Source: Chrysomallon squamiferum
Lineage: Eukaryota > Animalia > Mollusca
DNA length: 64,000 nt
Direction of reading: 5' to 3'
Assembly (NCBI GenBank): GCA_012295275.1
Contig: CM022670.1
Coordinates: 434,001-498,000, forward strand
The notes under the pieces: generated by a model
Databases searched by the model: none
What the model was told of the DNA's origin: nothing
The model's input: the letters and a program-made list of their open reading frames with translations, nothing else
Shown: piece after piece, positions 1 to 14,750 of the stretch
Layout: each line of letters opens with the position of its first letter
How positions within the stretch are numbered: the stretch's first letter is position 1
Position numbers and translations under genes: made by a program

Positions 1-1439
1 TTGTAGAAAATTGATACATGAATAATTACGTCGAAATTGAGATGAATGCCATTTTTGATAAATGAACTGGTATAATACCAAGTAGCTCCTGTAAAGCGAC
101 CTCTGCATACTTACCTCCCTTAAAAATAGTCCATTTTCATTGCTTTTTGTACGAACTATCTGTTCACGTTACTATTAAATTAATATAAAAATAATAATAA
201 ATAATAAATAAAATCTGAATTTCCCTCGATCCCAGTCAAACAAAATATTACTAAAGCTTTTCGCCGACTTAAACCTTAATAATTATTCCTTTTCCGCATA
301 TTTTCGAAATCCCGACTATAGGAAATCTCATTTACGCGTTTGAACCATACAGCACTCGATTACTTAATGGTCCATTCCCTGGAAATCAAAATTCTTAATT
401 TCGGATACACGTCACGCTTGACTTCACGTGCAACCTCACACTGTGAACTAATGATAATTATATGTTTATTTTAGATATAAATTTCGCTTTTATTTTTTTT
501 CCGCTAATCATTTTGTACCCAGTCACCCAGTAACCTACTGAATCCACCCCAGCTTTCGTTCTTCCAGCTTCCTGTTTCGGATTCTTCTTCTTCTGTCATC
601 TCGCCTTCTCTTCTTCTTCTTTCTTATAATAATAATAATAATAATAATAATAAGAAGAAGAAGAAGAAGAAGAAAAAGAAGAAAAAGAAGAAGAAGAGAA
701 ACAGTAGCAGCTACAACTGCAACATTAATAATAACAATGTCCGAAACTCAATAACAATACCTACAGAGTAATAATAATGATGATGATGAAAATAATGCTG
801 ATAATAATAATAAAAAATAACAACTGCAAAAAAAAAAAAAAAAAAAAAAGAACATAAGAAGAAAAAAAAAGAAGCAATACATAGCATTCAAAAACAATTA
901 TTAAATCAATGGAATTTTATTGCACTGAAGCTTATCATAGAATATCCAAAAATAAAACGAGGTCAACATGACTGATTTTTATTTCCAAATCAATAAATTA
1001 TATTGATCAGGAATTTTTGAAGACGGATTTAATGATAGTTATTATGACAAATCGAATCTTACAGAAAAAAAAAACCGTTACAGGATATGAAGGAAATTAA
1101 ATAATATCGGCTTTTTATTTTTTTTTTTTTTACTTTTTCTTTTTCGTTTTCATTTTCTTCGTCTTCTTCTTCTTCTTCTTCTTCTTCGAGGAGTTTACGA
1201 AAATAGCTTAAATATTAAAAGAAATATTGTTTGTGGAATATAAATAATAATTAAATTAACTCAGCTTCAGAAAATTAATCTTACGTAATTTTGCTAATTA
1301 TTTCAATGGCGACGCTGAATCGTATTTCTGAAGGCTCTACGCTTCACTGTTTATTTAAATACAAATATTTAATATAAAAATGAATTAAAATCATTATTAA
1401 ACAAAATAAAATAATATATAATGATTATAATGATGATAA

Positions 1440-1671
1440 TATATTCCTCCATGCGTATATATACAGACACACCCATACATACATATATGCTTACATGTAA
1501 ACATACATTCATGTATGCACATACATACCTGCCAATACGTACGGGCGTGCTTTACATACATATATACACACGCACATATTACATACATAGATGCATGCTG
1601 TACCATACACACATATACATGCAAAAACATACATACGTACTGTTTACATATATACACACTTTATACATACA

Positions 1672-1705
<34 letters not shown>

Positions 1706-1762
1706 CACACATTATACTTACATGCTTGCATACATACATACATACATACATACATACATACA
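1440..1762. repeat. Degenerate-to-perfect (ATAC)n simple repeat
   Basis: Long run of atac units. It explains the overlapping YIHT/MYVC ORFs at 1397-1938. Confidence 0.95.
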
Positions 1763-2129
1763 GACGGGCAAAGAAAATACTCAGATACATACAAAAGAAA
1801 ATATTGTATGTGCGCAGTAATTCAAACCAACGTGCATTTAAATTATTATTTATTAACTCGCCTGCTGCACGGAATCTCTCTGGGCATACATTAATCAACA
1901 TATGGCAGTTGTCACTCGGTAGAAACTATTCCAGTTAACTTGTAATATATAGTGTACACTTTTTGTTATTGTTATACAGGTGCGAGTCACTGATTCACGC
2001 GATAAACACGAGCCCGTTATTTGAGCACATCTGTCAGAAATCAATTCTCAACCAGACGATATTTGATAAACCTCGTGTAGTTTCAAAGTGTCGAATCAAT
2101 AAACGGCTGCTTTTAAAACACTGTCCAAT

Positions 2130-2960
2130 TCATTGTTTAAAATACTGTTTAATAATAATAGTGGTGTTTAACGGCTCTGTTTAATTCACTGTTTAATAGC
2201 TGTGTTTAATACACTATTTAATAGCTGTTTTAATATATTGTTTAACAGCTATGTTTAATTCACTGTTTAATAGCTGTGTTTAATACACTATTTAATAGCT
2301 GTTTTAATATATTGTTTAAAATCTGTATTTAATACGCCGTTCAACAGCTGTTTTTAACACACTGTTTAATAGCTGTTATGTTTCATTTATTTTTTAATAT
2401 TTTTGTTTAATAGCTGTGTTTAATACATTTTTTCACAACTGTGTCTAATACATTTTTTCATAGCTATTTTTAATACAATGTTTAACAGCTGTGTTTAATA
2501 CATTGTTTAACAGTTGCATCAAATTGTTCAACAACTGTATTTAATACAGCGTTTAAAAGCTGTTTTTAATACATTATTTAACAGCGGTTTTAATATATTG
2601 TTTAACATCTGTTTTTAATACATTATTTTAAAGCTGTTTTTAATACACTGCTTAATAGCTGTTTTAATACACTGTTTAACAGAATTGTTTAATGCAGTGT
2701 TTAATAGACTGTTAAATGGTTTTGTTTAATTCACTGTTTAATAGTTTTGTTTAATTCACTGTTGTATAGTTTTGTTTAATTCTCTGTTTAATAATTTTGT
2801 TTAATACACTGTTTAATGTTGTTTAATTCACAGTTTTATAGTTTTGTTTAATTCACTGTTTTATAGTTTTGTGTTTAATTCACTGTTTAATAATTTTGTT
2901 TAATACTCTGTTTAATAGCTATGTTTAATATACTGCTTAATAATCCAGTTTAATACCCCT
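2130..2960. repeat. Degenerate minisatellite, unit about 24 bp (aatacactgtttaatagctgtgttt-like)
   Basis: Many consecutive variants of cactgtttaatag...tttaat are visible. Confidence 0.9.
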
Positions 2961-3722
2961 TGTAAAAGCCTTTTTGGTATACAATTTAGTATCTATTTTT
3001 AATAAATTTTGTAATATACACATTTTAATATCTTTTTCACGATCAAATAACTAAGTACTTAACGATACTTCAAAGCTCTTTAACATTAACAATATCAGTC
3101 ATGCGATTACATAATAATAATATTTATCTGTATGCAATACATTCTAACACATGCCACTGCCTTTCATAATCTGTCGTGTGATAATGTTTGGAACTGGAAA
3201 TAGCCGGTTGCAGGTCTTTAATAAATTTAAAATGAAAGCAATATATTGCAACCTTTTTGTCATTCACTCTCTTACGATACGATCTATAAAATCTGAACAT
3301 TTGATTTCTTCAGTGAATTTTTCTTTCACATTTCTACTTTATTTCGTTTTCTCCCATAATAATATTGAACATACATTAATAATCGGCTCTTAATTTGTTA
3401 GAACATGAAAGTCTATACGTGTTTTTTTATTCTGTACACAAAGTCCATGTCTCTAATATTCCATAGTGAAATATTCCGAATTTCTCCTGCGATGTCAGGT
3501 TAATATTCTATGAAACTACGCGAAACCTGTGCGGGAATGGACTACATTAATAATTATATTCTTCAGATACAGCGGTAAATTCCAGTCATGCAGACTTTGA
3601 GATTTCTAGCATTCGATAAGACACCCAATTATTCGTTTTATCGAACATGGTATTGGCAACAATGGGAATAAAACCGCCATCACTGCCTCCTGACATGTAC
3701 CGACTGCTACAAGCTGATCTCT

Positions 3723-3813
3723 CGATGCACTGCGACTTCTGCATTTTCAGACACGTCTACTCTTCGGTATGCTATTCATGCGATAAATCGAAACGTAGGA
3801 GTTCAGTGCATTG
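3723..3813 (+). other. Long imperfect RNA hairpin (about 23 bp stem, 42-nt loop)
   Basis: 3723-3747 pairs with 3790-3813 with one bulge, one A-C mismatch and five G-U pairs. Confidence 0.55.
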
Positions 3814-4518
3814 CCAGTTACTTATGTATTAACTCAGCGATTATTTCGAAATTTCGAGGTTTGGATTTCCAGCTACTGATACAGTATAAATTAGCGGTGA
3901 TTCGAAATTTTTGAGATCTGGAGTTTAGTTCTTGTTACCACGTGTTTGTCGTTGATATGTTATTCCACATTGTAAGACGCTGTGTTATTAAGACTTTCTG
4001 TCATAGTCTGTCCTAGCGATGAGTCAAAAAAAGATGGAAGATGGGTTAAAATTTTGAGATTTGAATACATATGTATTATCATCATGACTGTCTCTTACTC
4101 CTTGTTCTAGATCATATTACTTCAGCATTGATTTGAATTTTCGATCTAAAATTCAATAAATCAATAGATTGTTTAAAATGTAAAGAAATTCTAGCACATT
4201 TCAACGTCAACGGTTATTAAGTATTAAATGACAGCTGAGAAGAATTGTTATGTCTTTATGTAACAGATAAACTCTTATCATGACTTTTCATAAACAAGCC
4301 GAAGAGCCGTGGCTGGAGCGGGAAACTGCGTATTGCGAACACTAAGAAGTATTAAATACGTCACACCGCCGATAGACGCTCTATCACTGAGTAACAGGCC
4401 GCTGTTTATCTGAAATTCAATACACTTCCCAGCATTAATCAAATTCCACCATTATGATTTGAAATTTCGATTTGGAATTCACTTTTCAAATCCTTCACAA
4501 TCGCGGTGAAATGGGACG

Positions 4519-4583
4519 TTCAGAAAATTGAATACTGATAAAGTGTTTCAGAAAATTGAATACTGATAAAGTGTTTCAGAAAA
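4519..4583. repeat. Perfect 28-bp tandem duplication
   Basis: ttcagaaaattgaatactgataaagtgt x2 plus a partial third copy. Confidence 0.95.
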
Positions 4584-5559
4584 AAATAAATTCGTTTCTT
4601 GTCACCTACATAATCCTGATCTGAATGCTGCACTTCAAGATACATATATATAAAAAAACATGTCTGTGGCAAACGACTTGTTTTTTTCTTCCCTTTTTCT
4701 GTTTATTCAGTTTTGAATTATCGAATCTTTGCAGAGGAGTGCATTCGCACCATCCGAGATAATCTTATTTGTGTCTAGTTATTGCTGCCAAGAGTTGAAG
4801 AACATGATTTTACTGAGAGAATGTACTCCAGTTGCCCACGTTGTCAGAGTCACAATCACGCAGTCACCATCACGAAGCCACCACCATCATTGTCATTAGA
4901 AGATTATTACAGTCATCATGGGCTTCGTTTTCTGAGTACAGTGTTTAGAACGTACGTTTAGAGATATAATAAAGAGTCTAGATGAAGCCTGCATACGTCC
5001 AAGTTATATTTTATTTGTTTTCTCTGGTCAGATTTTAATTAGGAACGAAGTGTAGCAATAATCTGAAAATATTTTAAATTGTCTGTAGTCGTGAGATCAT
5101 CGCTCTCTCACTGATGTTGTCTTATCATTATCATGAAATTTATCATTATCTTAAGACCATCGCCACCAGAATCATATCAATTACCATTCCACAGCAACAT
5201 TATCTCACCATAACAAGCAGCCATTATTATGCCCAACTTTTACTGTGAAGGAGGATCATTACTTTGAAAAACAAATTACACGTCAAAGTAATATAAAACG
5301 CATGTGGAAGTAAAAAAGCAACAACTTTGAAATGGGTTTTGCTTTTTATGTCCAAGATTGTCCAAAGTAATCCATACTCGTATTATTTACGTAGTGTACG
5401 AATAATAAATATTGATATTGTTTGAGTTTCTGTCTGAACAGTATTGATACGGCTTCGTTGTCTTGTAGTCTTACACTTGCTGATATTATTTGTATTATTT
5501 ACAAAGTCTTCAGCGCATTGACAAGTCTTAGTTTATTTATCTGCTGTCTCGTATTATTT

Positions 5560-6050
5560 GCGTTATATTCAAATCGTACTGATGCATGTTCCTGTAATTT
5601 ACATGTTATGTGAATCGTATTGGTACATTTTCTTACTGTTTACGTGCTGTGTGAGTAGTATGGACGCGTATTCCAGTTATTTACATTTTATGTGAATCCA
5701 ACTAATGCGCTTTCGTATTCATTACGTACTGTATTAATCGTACTGATACGTGTTCATATCATTTATTCGGTCGTATTACTAGCTGTCTTCCTGCTGTTTA
5801 CGACTGCCAGAATCGCACTGTAAGCAATTATAACGTACGTATTGTTCAATTCGTACTGAGATTTCGTAATAGAACTGATATACGTTCTGTCTAAATCTAT
5901 TGCGTTCTGATAATGATCACATTGTCCTGTTACTGTATTAATATTTATAATGTGTCTGATTCTATTGTTTACCTATTGCCTGAATGTACTGATACGTTTT
6001 TGTAGTATTTACATTGTGTCTGAATAGTATTTATAGTTATCCGTGTTTAT
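5560..6050. repeat. Highly degenerate minisatellite, unit about 40 bp (tgaatcgtactgatacg...atttac)
   Basis: aatcgtactgat-like cores recur at roughly regular spacing. Confidence 0.7.
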
Positions 6051-6179
6051 TAATGTTTACAGTCTTTTCTCAGTATATTTATCTACGTTTAGAAAAAGAG
6101 AAGTTAAGTCAAATTTAAATAATAGTTATTGTTTTTCCGTAAAATAATTATTATTTAAGCTACGTAGTAACCTTAGTAT

Positions 6180-6295
<116 letters not shown>

Positions 6296-7043
6296 AGTGT
6301 GGCTTTAAGTGCAAAATCCAGGATTAGAAATACAAAATGGTTTAACACCCAATAGCCAAGGTGAGAAAAATTAATCTGATTTTTCCCGTTAAACACACCA
6401 GAGTTTTACTCACTTTGTCTCGTCTCTAACGAACCCTGTTGACGTTTCACAACCGAGTGCTCATTTTATTTTTGTCTGACATGGCCGACAATAGATTTAA
6501 TTATAAAGTCTGATGCCTGTTTTGTTCGCAGCACGACACCAAAACGAAAGTACACAGGTGCTTCGACTCACAACTAAATTCTAATCCGGGAAATTTAATT
6601 ATTAATTAAGAATAGGAGAAATTAGTTGTGACAGCGATTTTTTTTTTTTTTCCTTCTGTCGCCAGCGTCTACGGCTGTCGGTTTTATAGCAGTGACACGA
6701 GTTAATTTTGTGACAACGGAAAAAAATGTGTTGATTAGTTCTAGAATTTTCTGAGGTTTCACCACGTGGGTAACAGTTTCTAAAGAAAGAACCTTGCTGG
6801 ACTGTTTATTTAACGGTTCGTCGATTTATTTTGATACTGAGAGTTTTTACGTCACTAAAACCTATTGGATGTTTGTTTATTTATATCTCGAAGATTTTCC
6901 ACTTCAACATAGGGATAGCTATTTCATATATACAAAAATAAGACTGTTACCAAAATATGGAGATAATTTGATAAAATGTCACGAAAATTTAAGATTTTAT
7001 TTTAATTTTATATCAAATGATAAATGTTATAATAATAATAATA

Positions 7044-7087
<44 letters not shown>

Positions 7088-8022
7088 AATAACAACAACA
7101 ACAACAAGAACAAATATTTGTTAACAAAAAAATTAAAAATACAATTGCTATTATTAAAATAAAAAAACGTTACTGTCAGTTTAAAATTCATAACTTTATC
7201 CGCCATCTGCTTGTTTATCACGTCCATCTCAATTCTTTTTTTTTTTTAAATTCTTTTTATTATTTATTTTTTAAATTCTTTGTATTATTTCTTGTATTTA
7301 AATTCACAATAAAGATCAGAAACATTTACTTTACACTCCTTGTTTCGTTTGATTGTTTTTAAAGTAATCTATACTAAATGAATTTTATGGTGAAACATTC
7401 TGACGTTTATTTTACTTTGTCAACTCACTGGTTTGTTGACAAGCTTGGTTCTTGTTCTGTGACTCAGGAAAATCTGTTTACGATTGAACAATGTTATGAA
7501 CAGCTGAGAAGCTGACTCGAGATCACTAAGTATTCGTTCATTAGAGTCTCTACTTTCACTTGACAACACACCTGTCACGTTTACTCAAATCTCAAACATC
7601 AATGTCAAAGATTAAAGACTTCTTTGATAATAACATTCAGCATTGTAGGATGGATAGATACTTTGATAAATAATAAACAAACATTATCACTTAATTAATT
7701 AATTAATTAAAGTAAGAAAGGAAACAAACAAAGATATAAACAAACAGACAGACAGACACATAGATAGATAGACAGATAGATAGATAAATAAATAAAGTAA
7801 ACTAAAGTTAATAAATAAAATAAGATGAAATAAAATATTTTGAAATTTATTCTTTTCAAAAACAAAATAAAAAATAAAATAAAATAAAACAACAACAACA
7901 AAAAATTAATTAGAAATAATCTAATGTAAATATTTTCTTTATCTTTTGTGTTCTTATCCTTTGTTTCATTATTTCCATCTTACTTTATTTCTTTTTCATT
8001 AATTTTTTCTTTATACTAATGC

Positions 8023-8063
<41 letters not shown>

Positions 8064-9938
8064 ATAATCTTAATGCAAAAACAAAAATTATTACACGAAT
8101 GGATGCTGAATCCTTGGAAATACTTTTTGATTGACAAATGTATTTACGTTCTTAATTTCTTTTTCTTTCTTAATTTAGTCATTTTATTATGTTTTTGCTC
8201 TTTGATTGCTCATTTAATTCTTTGTTTTACATTTGAGTTTTGAAAATATGTTTTCTTTAATTTCTTTTCACCAGTAATTCTGTACGATGTGTCTTTTCAC
8301 AACACATCAGTGACCACTATTCATCACTTGTTTGTTTTATTAAAATGCGAATTGATACACCATTTTACCACAAACAAACACGTCAATACTCGATCAAAAC
8401 GAAGCATTGTAGTGTTTACACGATAAATTTCCAGTGTTTACACAGAGAACATCGTCTACAACCGCATAGAGTACAACGTAGTTCTGTTTCCACGTAGAAA
8501 AAATAAAACAACAAAAAACAAAAAAAATAACGATAATGATAAAAGCGATGATTCCGCCTTCGGCAAGTGAGACTAATATGGGATAACACTGGAAAAATCA
8601 CTAGCAGGGGTTTCAATAATGTCTGATTAAATTCATTGAGATCAAAGATTCCGGGATGGAGAGCTCGCGACAGTTCATCGATCACGGTATTAACAGGATA
8701 TAGGTGGCGCTGTGGTGGTTCGGGTCATGGCGGCCGGCTGGGTGACGCTAGGCTAGAAAGTGATTTTACGTCATGGACAACGGCGATGTCGTTGATGTCG
8801 TGGAGGAGATTAAATGTTGCTGAAAAATTGGCAATAACTGAAACACAATGTGCCGCCGTAGTATGATGGTTATTTGGACACCTTGACACTAAAATAAATA
8901 AATACAAACAGTCGTTCTGTAGATGATGATAATTGTAGAACGGTCGTCTTAACATAACGACGAAGGGAGGTAACCGTCATTTCGTATGACAGAGATAAAA
9001 GATTATTATATCAAACAGTAATAGGAACTAAATAACATAATTAGTTTCTTTACATAACTTGCGGACTGTTCTCAGAAATCTCGCATAAAACACAGAGGTT
9101 GCAGGATCGTTCCTCGTTGTGCAAAAACTGAACCATTTTCAGTTCTCCCAGTGGAATGTGTTTTTGTATCTACGGGAAATTTTACATAAAAGTTTACTAC
9201 AATTATCAGCGGGTTTCATCTTTTAAATATTATTATTTGTAATATAATTAATTACTCTTAATTGCAGTTAATATTATCAGATACGAGTAAATAACTATTC
9301 ATTCACATCATCATCCTCATGGTCACCAGAAACAGTATCAGCAACAACAACAGTAATAACAATATCATCAACAAGAACAACAACAACAACACAACAACAA
9401 CAACAACAACAACAATAATAATAATAATAATAACAACAACAACAACAAATACTACTACTATTACTACTAATGATTACAACAACAACAACAACGAATGACT
9501 ATTTTAAAACATTTTATAATTCTCTAATACATACGCTACGTATATTTGTAGGCATTATCGTGATGGGAATGTGTATTTTTGCTTAATTATGTTTACGTGT
9601 ATGTATATGTGTACAGACACCTACTCACATTTGTCTCAAGAACAGATCCCATCAATGACACCTTCTCTCTAAGTAGGTCACAAATCGAATTGTCTAGAAA
9701 ATAGCCAGAAGTCGTAGTTTTACATCCCAGCGTTCAAGTGACCACGTGTTGGATTCTAAAAGCTGATTTTAAATAGAGTTATCTGCACAGCAGGGGTCAG
9801 TACAGAAACCCTAATGAAATTACCATGGTAATGTCGATCTATGCCTGAGCGTTTTGTACTTTTCCTTTGAAACTAAATTCAATTTCGCAGGTAGAGCCGT
9901 CAGAAAGTTAAAGCCGAGAAGTTATATAATGTATTTAA

Positions 9939-10117
9939 CCCATTAACTCCTATTATCTTTTGGTGGTCTAGCATGTGTAATTTATATAACGTCACATGAA
10001 ATTTATTCAGAAAAATTAAAAAAATTCATTTATATTTGGCAAAATTTATAATGTTCCATTTACAGGATTATAGCAATTTTACATTGTATCATGTAAGTGA
10101 TGTTAACTCATGAAGGG
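9939..10117. mobile_element. Possible relic of a non-autonomous piggyBac-like MITE
   Basis: TTAA|CCC at 9935-9941 and GGG|TTAA at 10115-10121 match piggyBac-type ends. The inverted repeat is poor beyond the first 3 bp. Confidence 0.25.
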
Positions 10118-11129
10118 TTAATGTGATGTTGTCAACATATGAACAAACTCAAATTTTAAAAGGTCCTCTAGGAGAAAATTTGAATTTACTTTATAATCAT
10201 TATTAGAAAACATCCCCCTCAAAAAAGAAAAAAAGAAAGAGAGAAAAAATATCCCACTGTAGGAACAACCATAACTAATAAAGTTATAACAGAAAGATAA
10301 AACAAAAAAAATAACATCAGATCAACAATAACGACAACATCATCGTTATTGAAATACAACGTCACTCTTTTCAGATACTGCGGGGGTTTTGGGGTGGGTT
10401 TGTTTGAGTTGCATGTGGTGTGTTGTCGGATTAGTTCTCCTGCATCTCAACAACGAGCTACTTCCCGATTTTAAACACGAATTTGTATATCAAAGTACAT
10501 GCTATGTGTTTTCCTGTCTGAGAAAGAAACTATCCAAAATAAAATCCCGTATTAAAAGTAATCCAATGATTACGTAGTAGCGTGTTTCTTCTCTCGAACC
10601 GTCATCAGAAAAAACTATAATAATAACAGTTAACAGTGAAAGATTTCAACGATCTGTAATTTCCCAAAATGACAAGTACTCAGAAGCCACCAAAAAAAAA
10701 AAAAGAAGAAGAAGAATTCTCATTACTTTCTTCGCTTCCACATAATACAACTTTTTTCTCCTTAAATGGCAGATGTTACGTGACGCGTAGTACTTGCTAG
10801 CATCGCGGGTTCTTCAAACGGGGAATCAGGTTTCTAAATTTACATATTTGTCGTTGTGGTCGATGCGGTCAGTCAGGATGCTGACGTCGTAAAGGGAAGG
10901 AATTTCAAATGATGCATGTTGCCAAGTCGCTATCTTTGATAGAATTTCAGTGTGAGTTTTGTTTAAGTGCTCGACTTCATGCTTAGTTAGCTATCAGTAC
11001 ACAATCGATCTGCCGCTTTGAGAGTTTTCGAAATATCGGAACTCATGATAACGTTTTCGCCTGCTGTAATTAACCTTTTATTTAATTGCCGCCACTCCAC
11101 CACTTAAACACAGCTTTATCTTCCGTCTC

Positions 11130-11548
11130 TACTCGCACATCAACTTCGGTTTGCTTCCAGTTTCTTTGCTCATAACGCCGGCAATCTTCGAGTTCTCGAG
11201 CAAATAATATCGGCTTGCTTCGACTATTATCGCGCATCAAGTCGGTATGCTTCGAGTTCTTTTGCACACGTCGATTTGCCTCGACACTTTTCGTACATTA
11301 ATTTCGGCTTGCTTCGAGTTTCTTCGCATATCTTGTTGGCTTACCTCGACACTCTTTACACATTAACTTCGGCTTGTTTCGACTAATTTTGCACATTACA
11401 TGGACACGTCCATTTTCACATTATCAGAACACATTCCAGCTCTTCGCACATCAACTTCGGCTTGCTTCGATTTCCTTCGCCTATTAATCTCGGCTCTTTA
11501 CGAGCCTCTTCGGACTTCGTTTTGCGGTGAACACGTGATTAACGTTAG
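11130..11548. repeat. Dispersed element with internal ~32-bp tandem repeats (cgcacatcaacttcggcttgcttcga), copy 1
   Basis: About a dozen diverged units, followed by the tail gcggtgaacacgtgattaacgtta. Confidence 0.8.
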
Positions 11549-11694
11549 TTTTAAAAGAATAAACACTTCAGTTTATTTACCAAAATTATCATGCTATTTA
11601 CTTTTATAATGTACTTATAAATATTACATTTATCGGACATTTGTTTGTTGGCATTAATCTCGTACAGCAAACTAAAACAGAGTTAACAGCATGG

Positions 11695-11741
11695 GCCAGT
11701 AGAGCCTCTAGACTGCCAGTAGAGCCTCTAGACTGCCAGTA
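11695..11741. repeat. Perfect 20-bp tandem duplication
   Basis: gccagtagagcctctagact x2 plus a partial copy. Confidence 0.95.
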
Positions 11742-12926
11742 AGATGGATGTATTAGCTGTTTAGAGAGATGAAAGTTTGCTGTGGTTAGCTGGAGAAAAC
11801 AAATCAAGTGTATCCGTTGTGAACAGAAACTGTAACTTGGTGAACGTAATCCAAGATCCAAACAGACCTAATTACTTAGCAACGAATCAAAATCTATTTC
11901 AGATTCAGGTCATGATGATGATGATGATAATTAATACAACAATAACATCAGTGATGATGAAAAAAAATCTAAAGTAATAAGAAGCAGCCAAACAGTAACA
12001 GTAATAACAGTAAGAATATAAAGAATAATAATCATTATAGTAATAGCAATGATGACTAATGATGATGATGATGATAATAATAATAATCATGATAATATGA
12101 TGATAATAATACTGTCAAATGTAACAGTGATGACAATAAGAACAGTAATTATAGTCGTAATATAATTATTATAACGATGATATTAATAACAGCCACGACA
12201 ACGTCAGTAATATTAATAAGACGCTTTATTCTACGTCTTTCCATTAAGCAGCCTCGCTACACTGGACGATTTTAAATTTCATTTACGAGGACTGAGCGTG
12301 TAAACACAATAAATTAAGTGTGTCTGCTTGGAAGTAATTCCCTACATCCGCTGACGCGCCGCCACTATGACGCTCCGCCATTATTTTCTTCCTTTTATTT
12401 TTTACTCTCCACAAATTTCGTTTCACTAACACCAGTATTGCGTGCTGCTCACAATGCGCAAGACAAAATACAGGAACCTCCGATTGCAGTTTTACTGCCG
12501 CAGTGCACCGATCTGATCTCATCCTTTGCAAATATAGTTTTGTTTCTTTTAAAGCAATCACGATTCGGTTCTCACTGGAAAAATAAAATTTAAAGAAAAA
12601 AAAAAAAAAAAAAAAAAAAAAGAAATCGAAGAATCGTGAGGAGGATGTTAGAGATATAGGATTTACAGTTTGAGTTTCATTGTTGGTGTTTTGATCGTAG
12701 GCTAATTTCGTGAGCGGGATGTAGAAGATGGAGGGGCATGACACAAGGGAGAAATAAATCAATAAAGGCTGCCAATATACGTCACGTATATTTAACTAGT
12801 TACCATTACCAAGCAGGATTTCGTTTTGAAGAAAACGAATTGCTTTCAGTGCTGTATTTCAATTGGGTAACGCAGCGATGGAAGGTAACCACGTCAGTGA
12901 CCGCCAGTTTCATTCTTGTAAGGCCG

Positions 12927-12938
12927 GCCGCCATCTTG
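12927..12938 (-). promoter_or_regulatory. YY1 consensus site CAAGATGGCGGC in a GC-rich island
   Basis: Exact 12-bp match to the long YY1 motif. Confidence 0.5.
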
Positions 12939-13309
12939 ATCAGACGAGCAGAGATCACCTCGCTGTAATGAATGTGAGAAACGCTTTAAATGTCTCTGTA
13001 GATCAGCAAGGATTTAACAAGTTTCGCAATTAATCTGTTAACCCTTCACGACATTTTCAATTTCTAAGATTGGAAGCTCGTTTCTGTAATACACGCTGAT
13101 GAATAGAATCTCGCAGACAGACACAGCTGCGTGCGACCAAAGGGAGGTGCACAAAAAAGAGAAAGTGATGAAGACAAAGACAGAGACAGATAAAGAAAGA
13201 AAGCGTTATTCACAATGAGAAAGTGAGAGAGAGACAGAAAGAAATAGTGAAGGAAGATAGGGAGACAGAGAGAGAATCACACAGAAATAGAGAGAAAAGA
13301 GTCACACGA

Positions 13310-13527
<218 letters not shown>

Positions 13528-13879
13528 GATAAGACATTTATAATGTCACCAAATGAAAAGTTTGAGAATGACAGAGGAATAATAAGTAGAAATGAAATCA
13601 ATGTAATTTAAACTAACTTATCTTCAGTTTAAGAGACCAGGGTTTTTAGAATTTTATGATGATCATTTGTTTAAGATGTTCAGAAATAACGAAAATTCAA
13701 AATAAGATTGTTGTCTTTTATTAGTATGGTTTCCGATCTTTTTTTTTTTTTTTTTTTTTTTCTATGTCTCTCTCGTTTATCTGAATGTCAAAAAAACTAT
13801 AATAAAGTATAAAATTAATAAAATTAAAATAAATTAATAAAAAAATAATGAAATAAACAACATATATATAATTCTTCAG

Positions 13880-14081
13880 CTTTTCTGGACTCTCAATTTG
13901 TCTTCACTGCGCACTTCACAATTGTTTCAATTAATTTCGGCCATCATCGACTGTGTTCGTACATTACCATCGGCTTGCTTCGACTGTCTTCGCACATTAA
14001 AATCGGCTCGTCTCGAGATTCTTCGCACATCAATTTCGACTCTGTTCGCACGCAGATTAGGCGAAAACGTGATTTGCGTTA
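13880..14081. repeat. Dispersed element with internal ~32-bp repeats, copy 2
   Basis: Same unit as 11130-11548, ending in the similar tail ggcgaaaacgtgatttgcgtta. Confidence 0.75.
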
Positions 14082-14509
14082 CGGTAGCCATTGCAAACAC
14101 TTATCAGCGGTCTGTAATAGCCTCGCCTTTCCTCTTGGCTACTTCTTGATTTATGACAAGATTACCAACAGCTGGCCTATTGATTTCATTACAAATATTG
14201 TGTGTGAATTGCTGCCCTAAAACAAAAGCAAATAATTACTTCATCTGACGTGTTGGGCTATATTTCCATATAGTTTATTGATGCATTTGCTCGTGGCAAC
14301 GAAGTAAGTCCATCCGTTTTATCATCTTCTGGCTAGAGGTTTCTGGTGTCCTATTTGTAACACACGCCTTATTTAGAGCTTTAGGCGACATTCACAAACA
14401 CTGTTATGTTGAAAATAATCTTCTAACAGATATGTATAAGGTCTCGGTAAACAAGTGAACAAATATTCAGTTATATATTTATTCCTCCATCCTGAAAAAA
14501 GCGAGATGG

Positions 14510-14750
14510 TTTCCCCGCTGGATCTGCGCTGAATGTCACTCCTCGGTGAATCCGCGCCTCAAATCAGTTTCCACTGGAACCCTCCTGTAAATGTCAGTCT
14601 CTAACAGATCAACACTTGACATCATTTACAAATATTACTAAATATTACTCCCCATTGAATCCGTGCAAATTTTAAATTCCAACTGGATCCGCGTTTGACG
14701 TCATATTCCAGTGGATTTGCCCTAGACGCACACTGCAGAAGATCCACTCC
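14510..14750. repeat. Degenerate ~30-bp tandem array (ccactggatccgcg...gtca core)
   Basis: Repeated ctggatc/tgaatccg cores. Confidence 0.55.

Noticed and set aside
106-116. ATACTTACCT resembling the U1 snRNA 5' end
   Set aside because: No further U1 sequence follows. It is just a minus-strand donor-like match with no open exon.
8636-8955. GC-rich block with overlapping ORFs on both strands
   Set aside because: No recognisable protein and no consistent splice pair. It may be UTR or regulatory, but cannot be called coding.
12431-12451. Resemblance to miR-15/16 arm sequence
   Set aside because: No partner arm forms a precursor hairpin, and the match is only partial.
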